The notes under the pieces are model-generated. The model had not been told where the DNA came from and ran no database searches. It was given only the letters and a program-made list of their open reading frames with translations. A DNA stretch of 63,994 nucleotides, the filler included, from Archaeoglobus sp. JdFR-37 (GTDB lineage Archaea > Halobacteriota > Archaeoglobi > Archaeoglobales > Archaeoglobaceae), in the NCBI GenBank assembly GCA_002010215.1. It is 4 parts of 4 records of this genome, joined end to end, with 100 filler letters (N's around TTAATTAATTAA, not from the genome) between each part and the next. Parts side by side here need not be neighbours in the genome. Positions count along the whole stretch, not along the records: positions 44,071 to 59,962 come from MTMY01000020.1; 3 more parts are not named here. One strand, written 5' to 3'. The position numbers were made by a program, and so were the translations under genes. This document shows positions 48,759 through 59,340 of this stretch, one piece after another (the stretch's first letter is position 1; each line of letters opens with the position of its first letter).

Positions 48759-48898
48759 GTAAGATAAGGCTTGAATTGTTGTTAATAACCCTTTCGCTTA
48801 GGGCACTAGTTAGGCCTGAATAAATTTTAGTAATCTTAGTCAAGTCTCAGTTAGGCCGAAAGTAAGTTAAAAAGACATGCCGAGAAAACTCAATAACT

Positions 48899-49804
48899 AT
48901 GATTCGCGAAAGCGAATCAGGTAATCTGATAATTCTGGTGGTTGGTCTGCTTCCCTACGACTCAGGGAAGACCACTCTGGCGAAATCTTTGGTTCTGAAA
49001 GCAAGAGAATTAGGCATAGATGTGGGAGTTTCAAAGCCGATCACAGCGGTTAGCGGATGGTACCATTATGAGTCTGTTTTGAAGAGTATCGAACTTGGAG
49101 TGCTTGTGGGAAACGATATTTACTCTCTCCATTCCGCCGCAAGCAGTTCTGATCCTGTTGAGGTGGAAAGTGCCGTAGTTTCCCTTCTCATGCCACCGGA
49201 TCCTGAAAGAGTTGGCTGGCAGAGCTCAGCATATACGGCTTTCAGCCTCCTCGATCAAGTGGTCTGCATGCGCGTCACAGGGATCGGTGCAGAAGGTGTT
49301 AAAGAGACTAGGCATTTCTATGTCCCATCGAACATTCAAAAACTTCCACATACATTGAAAAACGAGATTAAACGACTTCTAGACTCTCTTCAGCCAGAAG
49401 CTGTGGAAGTGACTCAGGAGCAGGTAGAGAACATCCTACTTAACTCATATAGGCTGGCAGACGACTGTTTGAAGTATGTGACTGAAAAGCACCGCATTGT
49501 TGTTGTGGAATCTTATAGTAACGCTGCGGCACCTACTCAAAGCGCTCTGAAAGCCACAGTTGTAATTGCCGTTGCTCCCGGCAAGGTTGCAATCTATGAT
49601 GGTAAGCTCTACAGAAAGGCTTTGATGGCAATTTCGGACATCAAAGAGCCTTGGCTAACCACAACAGATGAAGTGATAAGACTGCTGAAACCCGTGTTAA
49701 CCCTTGAGTTAAAACCTGTTAGCGGGATAAAGAGTAGAATAGAGAGAATTGACGGAGTTGATAGAATCCTCAACACAATTTTCGAATCAGAGCTAATTCA
49801 TTGA
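48899..49804 (+). CDS. Predicted archaeal P-loop ATPase/GTPase
   Basis: GLLPYDSGKTT, KPI, VVESYSNAAAP. Confidence 0.8.
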   Translation: MIRESESGNLIILVVGLLPYDSGKTTLAKSLVLKARELGIDVGVSKPITAVSGWYHYESVLKSIELGVLVGNDIYSLHSAASSSDPVEVESAVVSLLMPPDPERVGWQSSAYTAFSLLDQVVCMRVTGIGAEGVKETRHFYVPSNIQKLPHTLKNEIKRLLDSLQPEAVEVTQEQVENILLNSYRLADDCLKYVTEKHRIVVVESYSNAAAPTQSALKATVVIAVAPGKVAIYDGKLYRKALMAISDIKEPWLTTTDEVIRLLKPVLTLELKPVSGIKSRIERIDGVDRILNTIFESELIH

Positions 49805-49855
49805 TGATGGTCGGTGTGGTGGGCATTGTGTGATGTAATACCTTTCGCCATTCTG

Positions 49856-50596
49856 TCACAGTTCTGAAATGTATGGATTTGCTACCGGTAGGCCTTTCCC
49901 AATAATCTTAGCCCTCTTGGCAGCCTCGATTACGTACAATCTTGCTTTTCTAGCAGCGTCGATGACAGATTCTCCTCTCGCAAGAAAGCAAGTGAGGGCT
50001 GAGCTGTAGATGCAACCGGTTCCGTGGATGGTTATACTTCCCATTTCAGCCTCGACAAAATGAACCTTTCCGTCATAAATGACATCAACTCCTCCAAGAC
50101 TCCCACCTGTTACAATAACCTTCACATTCGCTTCCTGATGCAATTTCTCAGCGGCTATAATGGCATCATCCACAGAATTCACCGCAATTTCGGAAAGAGC
50201 TGCAGCTTCATGAGCATTGGGCGTCACAACGTCATATGAGGGCAGCATATGCTTATAAACGTCTATTTTAGATAGTTTCCCACCCACACTTGCTTCAATA
50301 ACTGGATCAAGCACTTTCACCGCATCTATATCTTCAATGCCTCTTTTAACCTCTTCTGCAGCACCCATACTATATATCATGCCTGTTTTTATGCCAACTA
50401 TTTTCAGATCACTCTTGATAGTCTCTATTTGCCTCTCGATCTCCCCAGTTAGATCGAAAACCCCTTCCAAGCGCTGAGTATTCTGGAATGTTACGGCAGT
50501 TATTACTGCAGCAGGATGAAATCCCAGTGATGCGACGGTTCGGACATCTGCAACTATCCCGGCACCGCCACTCCCATCTAGTCCTGCAATTGTCAT
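49856..50596 (-). CDS. thiD: Hydroxymethylpyrimidine/phosphomethylpyrimidine kinase
   Basis: TIAGLDGSGGAGIVAD, KTGM, LDPV, TPN, HGTGC. Confidence 0.9.
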   Translation of the reverse strand: MTIAGLDGSGGAGIVADVRTVASLGFHPAAVITAVTFQNTQRLEGVFDLTGEIERQIETIKSDLKIVGIKTGMIYSMGAAEEVKRGIEDIDAVKVLDPVIEASVGGKLSKIDVYKHMLPSYDVVTPNAHEAAALSEIAVNSVDDAIIAAEKLHQEANVKVIVTGGSLGGVDVIYDGKVHFVEAEMGSITIHGTGCIYSSALTCFLARGESVIDAARKARLYVIEAAKRAKIIGKGLPVANPYISEL

Positions 50597-50607
50597 TATG
50601 GAAGGTG

Positions 50608-51057
50608 TCAGGTGGGATTCCAGATCAGCACCCCCTGCATCATTTTAACCATCAGAAATACGGAAATGAAGATGAAAAATAAGTTTGCTGTAAGGCTGTC
50701 GTACTTAACGTGCTTCGCCACTAAGGGCAGCGAGTACCTCTTTTTTGAGAGAGGGTGGTAGAGCGGTACACCACCTCTGGTGAGAGAATCCAGAAACAAG
50801 TGGCTGAGAATCCCGATTGCTGCAGAGAGCCACGCAAGTTCGTATCCTTTAGGTGAGGCCACATACAGCATTAAAGATACTAAAAAGGTGAAGGACAGAG
50901 AGTGGGTGAAATCCCGGTGCTTCAGACCAATAACAGTATCTAGATCGCTTAGAACGGCAAAAATACCAGTCATCACTATGTATTCGTAACTCCTTAAACT
51001 CCTGAAAACTAGTGAGGCAATTGCCATTCCAAAGAGTGCATGAGTTTTTTTGAGCAT
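50608..51057 (-). CDS. YdjM-like membrane metal-dependent hydrolase
   Basis: TH, DLD, HRDFTHS, SHLFLDSLT motifs. Confidence 0.85.
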   Translation of the reverse strand: MLKKTHALFGMAIASLVFRSLRSYEYIVMTGIFAVLSDLDTVIGLKHRDFTHSLSFTFLVSLMLYVASPKGYELAWLSAAIGILSHLFLDSLTRGGVPLYHPLSKKRYSLPLVAKHVKYDSLTANLFFIFISVFLMVKMMQGVLIWNPT

Positions 51058-51081
51058 GATATATATTTGAACACTTTGCAT

Positions 51082-52074
51082 TTAAAGCTTCTCGATGGAC
51101 TCCATGAACTCCCTGATGTTTTCTACCAGCTTTTCATTCTCAGTTCTGCTTTTCACAGCTATTCTGAAGTGCTCCCTACCAAGACCTCTGAAATCCCTGC
51201 ATGTCCTTATCAAAATCCCTCTCCTATAAAGGAAATTGAAGAGCTCTTCAGCATCAAAGGATGCCTTTACAAGCAGAAAATTTGCTCTACCTCTGCAATC
51301 AAGATTCATTTTGATGAATTGCTCAATCATCCATTTTCTCTCCTTCGATATAGCTTTCCTTATCTGTCTAGAGAAATTCCTGAGGTCTGGAAGGTAGTGG
51401 AGGGCAACTTCCATTGCAATCACATTCACATGCCAGGGGAATCTGATGCGTTCAAACTTTCTGGCGAAGCTTTCAGGAAATCTGCCGTAGCCAAAGCGTA
51501 GCCCCGGAATTGCAAGAATCTTGGTTAAAGACCTCACTATAAAATTCTCGCCCTCATTGGGCGCCTCACCACCTTCAACAAAATCAATAAATGCTTCATC
51601 TATCAGAAAGGGTTTGCTGGCTCTGAAATCTTCAAGATTGAGGAGATCACCGGTTGGATTGTTGGGATTGCATATTACAGACACGTCAGCATCGTTACTG
51701 GTGAAAATGTCTGAGTAGGGGCGATGAATAATTTTAAGGCCGTATATTGAAGCGCATCTTTCGTATTCAGTGAAGGTGGGGTATGGGATTGTCACGGTCT
51801 TCCCCTGGTTAAACCTGAAAAAAGCATCTATAAGCTCTATTGAACCATTGCCCATGACTACTTCCCGTCCATCGCATCCCAGATGCTCCGCAACCATTCT
51901 TTTCAGCTCAAGATAACTGCTCTCCGGGTAATATCGAGCCTTTCTGGCTGCCCTAATAATGACTTCCTCAAGATCACTAGGCGGAAACGGATTGATGTTT
52001 GAAGCAAAATCGAGTATTTCTTCAGGTCTCATTTCCAGCTCTTTTGCTGCTTTTAAAATAAAATCACCGTGCAC
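51082..52074 (-). CDS. Threonine-phosphate decarboxylase (CobD)/HisC-family PLP enzyme
   Basis: MHG, DFASNINP, CNPNNPTG, DEAFIDF, RSLTKILAIPGLRFGY. Confidence 0.85.
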   Translation of the reverse strand: MHGDFILKAAKELEMRPEEILDFASNINPFPPSDLEEVIIRAARKARYYPESSYLELKRMVAEHLGCDGREVVMGNGSIELIDAFFRFNQGKTVTIPYPTFTEYERCASIYGLKIIHRPYSDIFTSNDADVSVICNPNNPTGDLLNLEDFRASKPFLIDEAFIDFVEGGEAPNEGENFIVRSLTKILAIPGLRFGYGRFPESFARKFERIRFPWHVNVIAMEVALHYLPDLRNFSRQIRKAISKERKWMIEQFIKMNLDCRGRANFLLVKASFDAEELFNFLYRRGILIRTCRDFRGLGREHFRIAVKSRTENEKLVENIREFMESIEKL

Positions 52075-52157
52075 AGTGATGGCAGGAGTGGAGATTAGAA
52101 ATATTTTACTCTATTCTGCTCTTTTCTAATATCTCCAAATATACAAAATTCTGTGAT

Positions 52158-52970
52158 CTACTCCATAATTTCGCCCTGAATGAGTTTCTCCACAAGCTCT
52201 GCAGTGACGACGTTGTGATGAACTAGCCCGCTCTTATCAACATCCATACCCATTGCAATGGCTAGGAGCTGGATGTAATGTATCGCAGGGACATCATAGT
52301 CTTCTCCTCTCTGTTCTCTCAACTCTATCTGCCCCACATCGAACTGATGGAGGCAGAGAGGGCATATTACGACGATGGCATCCACCTCTGCTGCGCTTAT
52401 AGCATCCATTTTCAGATTCAGAATGTCGTTGGCAACCTCTGTGGCTGCCGCCCTCACTCCCCCTCCCCCGCCACAGCACACAAATTTATGCCTGTAGCTT
52501 ACACTCTCAGCCCCTATTGCTTCCACGAGTTCATCCAGCATTATCGGCTTCTCGGAATCCATACCTTTGCTTTTGCTAGGTCTGAAAAAATGGCAGCCAT
52601 AGTGAACTGCCACTCTTATTGGTAGCTTCTTGACAACCCTCTTTTTTATTTCTTCAATGCCAACTTCTCTGTAAAGGAATTCTGCTACATGTCTTACATC
52701 CACACCATTTATCTTGGAGCTGGCCTCCAGAAGTGTTGTAAAACATCCGTTACAGGCAGTCAAAATATCTTCATCACTCAGGCTTAGATTTCTGCTGGCA
52801 AGCTCTATCCAGAGTTCCTCGCTTATAGATTTCACCACTCCAGGGGCTGGACAGCACGATGAACCTTCGAGGGGTGAGATTTTTATTCCAAGTTTGTCAA
52901 AAACGTAGTAAAGGGATGCCTCAATTCCCGGATATCTGTTGTGGATCATGCATCCCGGGAAAAACTTCAT
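52158..52970 (-). CDS. hdrB: Heterodisulfide reductase subunit B-like protein
   Basis: FPGC, CCPAP, CNGC, HYGCH, CCGGGGG, CPLC. Confidence 0.9.
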   Translation of the reverse strand: MKFFPGCMIHNRYPGIEASLYYVFDKLGIKISPLEGSSCCPAPGVVKSISEELWIELASRNLSLSDEDILTACNGCFTTLLEASSKINGVDVRHVAEFLYREVGIEEIKKRVVKKLPIRVAVHYGCHFFRPSKSKGMDSEKPIMLDELVEAIGAESVSYRHKFVCCGGGGGVRAAATEVANDILNLKMDAISAAEVDAIVVICPLCLHQFDVGQIELREQRGEDYDVPAIHYIQLLAIAMGMDVDKSGLVHHNVVTAELVEKLIQGEIME

Positions 52971-53416
52971 ATCAGCCCTCCGATGTGTTTCTCAACGATT
53001 TTGCTTACCTCCTCTCTAGCATCATCCCTGAACTGTGCTGTGTACAGTGTGAGCCCAAGGTCCTCCCTCAGCTTCGCATGCTCATCCTTTGCTGGGACTA
53101 GGCTTCCCGTTTTCAAAAGAGCCTTGAATGCTTTGTCAAGCCTGCCAGGGAGCCCCTTCTCCTTGACTAATTGTCTTCTGGCTTTGAGAAGGATGTCTGT
53201 TAGGGGAATATTTCTGGGACACCTTTCAGTGCATGCGTAACAGGATGTGCAGAACCATATTGCATCATTCTCCTCAATCGGTTTTCCTTTAGCAATAAAT
53301 TTCATGAGGATTTTGCGAGTATTCAGAGCGGTAAACCTGCCAGAATAACAGCTTCCAATGCATGTTCCGCACTGAATGCAGGTATTGAGTGCTTTGATGT
53401 CCTCCCTGCTAATCAT
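52967..53416 (-). CDS. hdrC: Heterodisulfide reductase subunit C-like protein
   Basis: CIQCGTCIGSC and WFCTSCYACTERCP; start at MISRED. Confidence 0.9.
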   Translation of the reverse strand: MISREDIKALNTCIQCGTCIGSCYSGRFTALNTRKILMKFIAKGKPIEENDAIWFCTSCYACTERCPRNIPLTDILLKARRQLVKEKGLPGRLDKAFKALLKTGSLVPAKDEHAKLREDLGLTLYTAQFRDDAREEVSKIVEKHIGGLI

Positions 53417-53618
53417 CCACCAATGCTTCTTTTGACATATAATTAAAACTATCGTCATTGTGTTATGAAAACACAAAGCTCTCTTGGGGCTTCTCTATTT
53501 GGGCTTATAAATGAAGGTGAATGGAAAGATAATATATTTGCTCTATTTTGCTACCCTATATTGTCCCCGAAACTCTTACCCGAGGCGTTTTTATATCCAT
53601 GTGCGAAAGTGAAATGGA

Positions 53619-54626
53619 ATGAGCCAGGGAATGAGAAGATGTGCCAGTTGCGGAAGTGAGACAGAATGGGATGTATGTGGAAAGTGCTACATGAAGAAGC
53701 ACTCCATTATTCAGTTAGATGACATAATCAAACTCAAAACCTGCCCGAAATGCGGTTTTTACCAGATTCAGGGGAGATGGAGGAATATTTGTTTTGATGA
53801 AGCCCTTAATTCTGAGCTTGAGAGGTCTCTGCATGTTCATGAAGATTTCATGGTAGAAGAGATCGAGCTTGCACCACTGGGTGGCAGTAGCTATTCGATA
53901 ACCCTTTACGGAACCTTCAGAGATGCTCCAACTGAAATCAACAAGTCATTTGAAGTCAGAATTGCAAAGGAGACATGCTACAAGTGCAGTAGAATCTCAG
54001 GGGGTTATTATGAATCGATCTTACAACTCAGGGCTGATGGGAGAGATCTAGAAGAGTTAGAGGTTCAGGAAGCGAAGAGGATTGTGGAAGCAGTACTCCA
54101 GAAGGAGGTTGAGAATCCCAAGGCATTTGTGAGCAAAATTGTTGAAAAGAGAGCCAGTCTTGACATTTACTTCGGTGACAGGAATCTAGGCAGAAAAATC
54201 TCCAGAATGGTGGCTAAAGAGCTGGGTGGTAGTATAAGCGAGAGCAAGAAGATTGCTGGAAGGAAAGATGGTGTTGACTTTTACCGCTTTACTTATTCAG
54301 TAAGACTCCCCTGTTACAGGGTTGGGGATGTGGTGGAGGCCGAAGGCAGGATTTTATTGGTAACTAACAAGAAGGCGAGGAAGGGAGTAGATGTAAGGAC
54401 AGGTGAGAGCGTTACCATTGGAAATGCAAGGTTACTGGCTAGAAAAGAGGACATCAGAGAGAGTGTGGTCATTTCTGGAGACGAGTTCGCTATCGACATA
54501 CTGCATCCTGAAAGCGGTAAGGTTATTACCACAAGGAAGCCGGCTGCGAACCTTAAGCCCGGGGACGAGGTTCTGGTTGCCATCTCCAGAGACGAAGTAA
54601 TTGTCATCCCCAAGGGACTGATATGA
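53619..54626 (+). CDS. NMD3-family ribosome biogenesis protein
   Basis: Four CxxC pairs, GYYESILQLR, YRFTYSVRLP. Confidence 0.9.
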   Translation: MSQGMRRCASCGSETEWDVCGKCYMKKHSIIQLDDIIKLKTCPKCGFYQIQGRWRNICFDEALNSELERSLHVHEDFMVEEIELAPLGGSSYSITLYGTFRDAPTEINKSFEVRIAKETCYKCSRISGGYYESILQLRADGRDLEELEVQEAKRIVEAVLQKEVENPKAFVSKIVEKRASLDIYFGDRNLGRKISRMVAKELGGSISESKKIAGRKDGVDFYRFTYSVRLPCYRVGDVVEAEGRILLVTNKKARKGVDVRTGESVTIGNARLLARKEDIRESVVISGDEFAIDILHPESGKVITTRKPAANLKPGDEVLVAISRDEVIVIPKGLI

Positions 54627-55627
54627 AGGCCGTGAGGATTCCCAGAGTCGAAGCTGAGAAGGTCAGAAGGCTGGCTGAGAAAACTGGAGCCAAAGATAAA
54701 AACAGACTAATCGTAACAAGAGGAGAATTCGTTGAAATACCCATTTACGATGGTTATGAAGAGCTCTTCAGTCAGTATGAGATAATTCAACAGGAGAATC
54801 CTGTTTTCAAGAAAAAGGCTGACCTGCTTCACGTTCTCAAACCACTGATCCCGGAAAATCTGCACCATCTCATTCCGAGAAGCTACAAAATAGTTGGTGA
54901 TATTGCACTGGTTAAAATACCTCATGAGCTGGAAAGCTTTGCAGAACTGATAGCTGAGAAGATAATGGAGATCCATCCACGACTCAAGGCAGTATGGAGG
55001 GATTTTGGTAAAGAAGGGATGCTCAGAAGACCTCACCTCCAGCTTCTTTCTGGAGAGGGAAGTGAAACTCTGCATAGAGAATTTGGATGTGTTTACAGAC
55101 TTGATGTGACCAAGGTGATGTTCAGTCCTGGCAACCTAGGAGAGAAGATGAGGCTCGTCAGGCTTGTGAGAAATGGTGAAACGATTGTGGACATGTTTGC
55201 GGGAATAGGCTACTTCACCATTCCGCTTGCCGTGCACACAAAGGCCAGGAGAATTTATTCCATAGAGATCAATCCCGACTCCTATCACTACCTGCTAGAG
55301 AACATCCAGCTTAACAGAGCTGAGAACGTGATAACCATTCTGGGTGACTCCATGAAGGTTACTCCTGAAGGTGTTGCAGACAGGGTTGTTATGGGACACA
55401 TTTTCTGCCACGAATTTCTCCAAGTGGCCATATGCGCTCTGAAGCCTGAGGGAGGTGTGATACACTACCATGAATCCGTACCGGAAGCTGTCATCCAGAG
55501 GCCGGTAGAGAGGGTGAAGAATGCAGCTGAAAAGGCTGGAAGAAAAGTTGAGATTACTGGTTTCAGGAAGGTTAAAAATTACTCTCCAGGCGTGGTTCAT
55601 GTTGTTGTGGATGCTAAGATTGTGTAA
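54623..55627 (+). CDS. Taw2/Trm5-family SAM-dependent tRNA modification enzyme
   Basis: VMFSPGNLGEK, DMFAGIGYF, EINP, HYHE, VKNYSP. Confidence 0.88.
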   Translation: MKAVRIPRVEAEKVRRLAEKTGAKDKNRLIVTRGEFVEIPIYDGYEELFSQYEIIQQENPVFKKKADLLHVLKPLIPENLHHLIPRSYKIVGDIALVKIPHELESFAELIAEKIMEIHPRLKAVWRDFGKEGMLRRPHLQLLSGEGSETLHREFGCVYRLDVTKVMFSPGNLGEKMRLVRLVRNGETIVDMFAGIGYFTIPLAVHTKARRIYSIEINPDSYHYLLENIQLNRAENVITILGDSMKVTPEGVADRVVMGHIFCHEFLQVAICALKPEGGVIHYHESVPEAVIQRPVERVKNAAEKAGRKVEITGFRKVKNYSPGVVHVVVDAKIV

Positions 55628-55961
55628 TTGGGAACTTTGGTAGATATTTTCCTTTCTTTGGTATCTCTTTTCAGTCTCCCCACTCAGCTTCTTCCGGGAG
55701 ATTCATAGTAACACACTGGTCGGCAAGAAATCCCCAGCTTCAGCTTGCAATGAATTTATCCAAAATGAGCTAGCAATTTCCCGCTTTCAGCAAGCAGCAT
55801 CATAATCTGTGCTTACCCGATTTAGTAAAGATGATTTAAATTTAGTCTGGAGAGAATGTAGCAAATATTAAAAAATTGTTATTTTCTATTTTATTTTTTA
55901 AGACGAAAGATTTATTAGGAATGGAAACTTAATTGCAAAATCAATAAAAGGAGGTGATAAA

Positions 55962-56279
55962 ATGCCGGTTCTTTACGTTATAAAATGGGATATTCTACCT
56001 GACAAAATAGAATCCTATACTCAGTGGACACAGTCTGCCATACAGCGGATCCTTGCCGTTCCTGGAGTCATTGAGTTTCGTGCATACCGGTCAGCCACTG
56101 GCTCTTCTCAAGCCGTGGTCACCTATGAATTTGCAGACATGGCTACTTGGGCAGCTTGGTATTCCAACGAAGAGGTGCAGAAAGTTCTGAATGAGTTGCG
56201 TACATTCGCTACCAACATCAGTATGGAACTCTTGGGCCCCTCACCGATTGTGCCCGAGCCGGTTCGTCCAGGTAAGTAG
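55962..56279 (+). CDS. Small dimeric alpha-beta barrel (ABM/EthD-like) protein
   Basis: AGGAGGTGA RBS; VPGVIEFRAYR...YEF...WAAW pattern. Confidence 0.75.
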   Translation: MPVLYVIKWDILPDKIESYTQWTQSAIQRILAVPGVIEFRAYRSATGSSQAVVTYEFADMATWAAWYSNEEVQKVLNELRTFATNISMELLGPSPIVPEPVRPGK

Positions 56280-56353
56280 TTAGAAAAGGTGCAAAATGGC
56301 AGAATATACTTATCCCAATTTTTTATTTTCTTTTATCTCCCAGTTGCTTGCAA

Positions 56354-56382
56354 GACCCCTTGCGAAGCGATGGGTGATTCAC
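56354..56382 (+). mobile_element. Orphan IS200/IS605-type end hairpin
   Basis: GACCCCTTGCGAAGCGATGGGTGATTCAC; first 16 nt match 59341-59356 (GACCCCCTGCGAAGCG) at 15/16; ends in TTCAC. Confidence 0.55.
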
Positions 56383-56493
56383 TTATGCTAACCTGAAGAG
56401 GGTAGTGATGGTTGGGTAAAATTGTAGAATTTGTAGAATAGTAAATGAGATTAAAGAAACAAAAAGATAAAAATTGTAATTCACTTAATTTAA

Positions 56494-57546
56494 TTACATC
56501 TTGGACTCGACGACCTCGTAGTAACTCCTCTCAACCTCTTTCAGAAACTCCTTGCTGCTCATACCTCTGGCATAGGCCAGCAATGTTGCTCCACCGGCTC
56601 CAACGCCTTCCTTCACGAATCCCTCTGCATAGGCTCTCAATCCGAGCTTCGATGAATTACCTAGCATGGGATCGGCAGCAATTACTGGCACATCAGGTGA
56701 GATTCCCACCATGTCAGCAGTTTCATCCCCAGCAACATATGTGGTGGTAGCTATGGCAATGTCTGTATCCTCATCCAGTTTCCTGATGATCTGGGCAATT
56801 GCCGCCATTTGCGTTCCACCAGCCAGCAGTACCGGCTTTGTAGAGCCAATAGCCATTCCGGCAACTCCAACCATCACGGGATCGCCCACCGCAGCCACAA
56901 CATCCAGAGGGTCACTGCTGTCAATCCCTTCCACCCTCTCAACAGCCTTTGAAATGACCTCTTCCTTTATCTTTACCGGATTATCTGGCATGCTGGATGA
57001 CACTGCTGCTTTAATCCCAAAAGCCTTGAGAACCGCTCCTGCTGTAGTTGTGCCAGCAGGTATACTCTCACCTATTATCAGGACATCAGAGATCCTTGAT
57101 AGCATCTCTCCAAGCTTTTTAGCCCTTTCAAAAGCTTCTTTGGCCTCTTCAATCTTCATGGCTGGCTTTTCAGCTATGTTTTCACCAACTGGTGCTGCTA
57201 TATCAAAATATGGAATATTTGGTTTTGTCATGAGACCACTATCTACAACGAAAAAGGGAACACCAGTAGTTCTGAGGGCGGTGTAAGTTATCAAAGCCGG
57301 GGTTGGTTTACCATCAGGCGTGGCTGGAGGAAACGGGATTATCTTGCAGTGGCCGTAGTGGAGAAGTTCAGCATCGGCAGGAGGGGTGAATTTTATCAGT
57401 TCAGGATTTGCTCCAGCAACAGTTATTCCTGGAACTTCAGCAGTTTTTGTGTTCCCGATTGCAAAGGCAAAAACTGGATCACCTTTGAGCAGCTCGATAA
57501 ATCTTTCTGCGTCTCCTTTTTCTCCCTTTAGAACTTCCCAAGACAT
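56494..57546 (-). CDS. cobT: Archaeal CobT-type nicotinate mononucleotide-dependent phosphoribosyltransferase
   Basis: PGITVAG, TPPADAE, ESIPAGTTT, LAGGTQM, VKEGVGAGG. Confidence 0.88.
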   Translation of the reverse strand: MSWEVLKGEKGDAERFIELLKGDPVFAFAIGNTKTAEVPGITVAGANPELIKFTPPADAELLHYGHCKIIPFPPATPDGKPTPALITYTALRTTGVPFFVVDSGLMTKPNIPYFDIAAPVGENIAEKPAMKIEEAKEAFERAKKLGEMLSRISDVLIIGESIPAGTTTAGAVLKAFGIKAAVSSSMPDNPVKIKEEVISKAVERVEGIDSSDPLDVVAAVGDPVMVGVAGMAIGSTKPVLLAGGTQMAAIAQIIRKLDEDTDIAIATTTYVAGDETADMVGISPDVPVIAADPMLGNSSKLGLRAYAEGFVKEGVGAGGATLLAYARGMSSKEFLKEVERSYYEVVESKM

Positions 57547-57616
57547 GGATTGAAAATGTGGGAAGCTGATGAAATACCTTGTTTTTGTATTACATTTGTT
57601 ATACATCAAACCTCAG

Positions 57617-58585
57617 CTATTTGCCCTTTTTGCCAACCAGAGATAAATACGCAAGATATGCATCGAGCTGTATCCGCTCATGGGCACCTTCCGTCAGCCT
57701 GAAGTCCACCTCACCTAGTTTATCAATCAGCACAACTTTCAGCTTCTCCTCAAGAGGTGATGAGAGAATTTCTCTGAACAGTTGAGAAACTATATCTTCT
57801 CCAGCCATGCCGTATTCTATCATGAGCTTGTTGAGCATCTCTCTTGCTTCCATGAAGTTCCCATTCAGGGCAGTTTCCAGTAACTTGCCCAACTCTTCGG
57901 GACGGGCGGTAGCAGTAATCTGGTAAATTGCCTCAGCATCCACAATTTCTCCAATGGCAGCGGCGCCCTGCAAAGCGTTTATGGCCTTTCTGAAGTCACC
58001 ATTGGAAACGTAGATCAGGGCTTCAAGACCATCTTCGGTTATATTTACACCTTCATTCTCGCATATCTCTAACAGCCTTTTTCTCATCGCCTCCGCAGGG
58101 ACTGGCCTGAATTTGAAAACAGCACATCTGCTCTGGATGGGTTCAATTATCCTACTCACATAGTTACAGCTCAGGATGAAACGGCAGATTTTGGAATACA
58201 TTTCCATGGTTCTCCTCAGCGCAGCCTGAGCATCGGCAGTCAAAGCATCTGCTTCATCCAAAAATATAATCTTGAAGGGAGCATCACCTATAGGAGCCGT
58301 TCGGGCAAACTCCTTTATCTTGTGTCTGACAACGTCAATTCCCCTTTCATCGCTTGCATTCATCTCTATGAAGTTGTCTCTCCAGTTCTCACCGAAAAGG
58401 TCTCTGGCAAGAGCTATTGCTGAGGCAGTCTTACCAGTTCCTGGTGGACCAGCGAAGAGGAGATGAGGGATGTTTTTTCTCTGCACATATCCCATGAGCC
58501 TCTGCACAACTTCTTCCTGCCCCACTATCTCGCCGAGAGTTTTGGGGCGATACTTCTCAACCCAGATCTCGCTGTCCACTGGCAT
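57617..58585 (-). CDS. rfcS: Replication factor C small subunit (no intein)
   Basis: WVEKYRP, GPPGTGKT, NASDERG, DEAD, QSRC. Confidence 0.96.
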   Translation of the reverse strand: MPVDSEIWVEKYRPKTLGEIVGQEEVVQRLMGYVQRKNIPHLLFAGPPGTGKTASAIALARDLFGENWRDNFIEMNASDERGIDVVRHKIKEFARTAPIGDAPFKIIFLDEADALTADAQAALRRTMEMYSKICRFILSCNYVSRIIEPIQSRCAVFKFRPVPAEAMRKRLLEICENEGVNITEDGLEALIYVSNGDFRKAINALQGAAAIGEIVDAEAIYQITATARPEELGKLLETALNGNFMEAREMLNKLMIEYGMAGEDIVSQLFREILSSPLEEKLKVVLIDKLGEVDFRLTEGAHERIQLDAYLAYLSLVGKKGK

Positions 58586-58769
58586 CGATTCATCTTTTGA
58601 GAGATTAGTATAAAAATACTTGCCATCCCAGCATTGGTTACAATCGCAATGATTAATTTTTAAATTCTCTAAAAACTTTAAAATTTAAATAGATTCTTAC
58701 ATTCAGGTTGCTTAGATCCAAGGTCGGTTTCAAGATTAACCAATCCAGATTATTTAAGTTCTAAAGCAG

Positions 58770-59294
58770 GTGTCAGAAATGGAACCAACACAAGTCACGC
58801 TATCTACAGGGGAAGAAGTCGTACTCAGAGAAGTCAGAGATGATGATTTACTCAAGCTAATCGAGATGTATACGACTCTCAGCGATAAATCTATGAGATT
58901 TCTTCGCCCTTACAGATTTACAGCTAGCGAAGTTAGAGAGATGCATGCAAGAGTTGACAGAAAAAAGGTATTCTCGATAGTTGCAGAAAATAAGGATGGG
59001 AAGATAGTGGCAGAGGGTAGACTTATACGATACTCCAACTCTTCAGCGGAGTTCGGGATGATTGTTCACGACTCATATCAGAATAAAAAGCTCGGTCAGG
59101 CTCTTCTCAGGGCAATTTTAAATCTTGCAAAGAATGTGGGTGTGAAGAGGCTCATCGGTTTCTGCAGTGTGGAGAACAAGGTTGCCATACACATTTACAC
59201 AAAATTTGGGTTCAGGATTGAGAAGGAGTTCAAGCCAGAGGAGTCTATACTTGGGAGAGAGGAGGGTGTGGTGAGGTTATCTATTTCTTTATAA
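58770..59294 (+). CDS. GNAT-family N-acetyltransferase
   Basis: AEFGMIVHDSYQNKKLG, NKVAIHIYTKFGF. Confidence 0.85.
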   Translation: MSEMEPTQVTLSTGEEVVLREVRDDDLLKLIEMYTTLSDKSMRFLRPYRFTASEVREMHARVDRKKVFSIVAENKDGKIVAEGRLIRYSNSSAEFGMIVHDSYQNKKLGQALLRAILNLAKNVGVKRLIGFCSVENKVAIHIYTKFGFRIEKEFKPEESILGREEGVVRLSISL

Positions 59295-59340
59295 CAACCG
59301 ATTTGTGCCTCTTCAGAGCCATTTAACAATCACAGGCGGG

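Noticed and set aside
48579..48843. Short ORFs overlapping tRNA-Gly
   Set aside because: Shadow translations of the tRNA gene.
52158..53416. hdrBC without hdrA as a sign of methanogenesis
   Set aside because: Stand-alone HdrBC-like pairs are common in non-methanogenic Archaeoglobales; no mcr or mtr genes are in the window.
57617..58585. Intein in the RFC small subunit
   Set aside because: The 322-aa protein is continuous through all RFC boxes.
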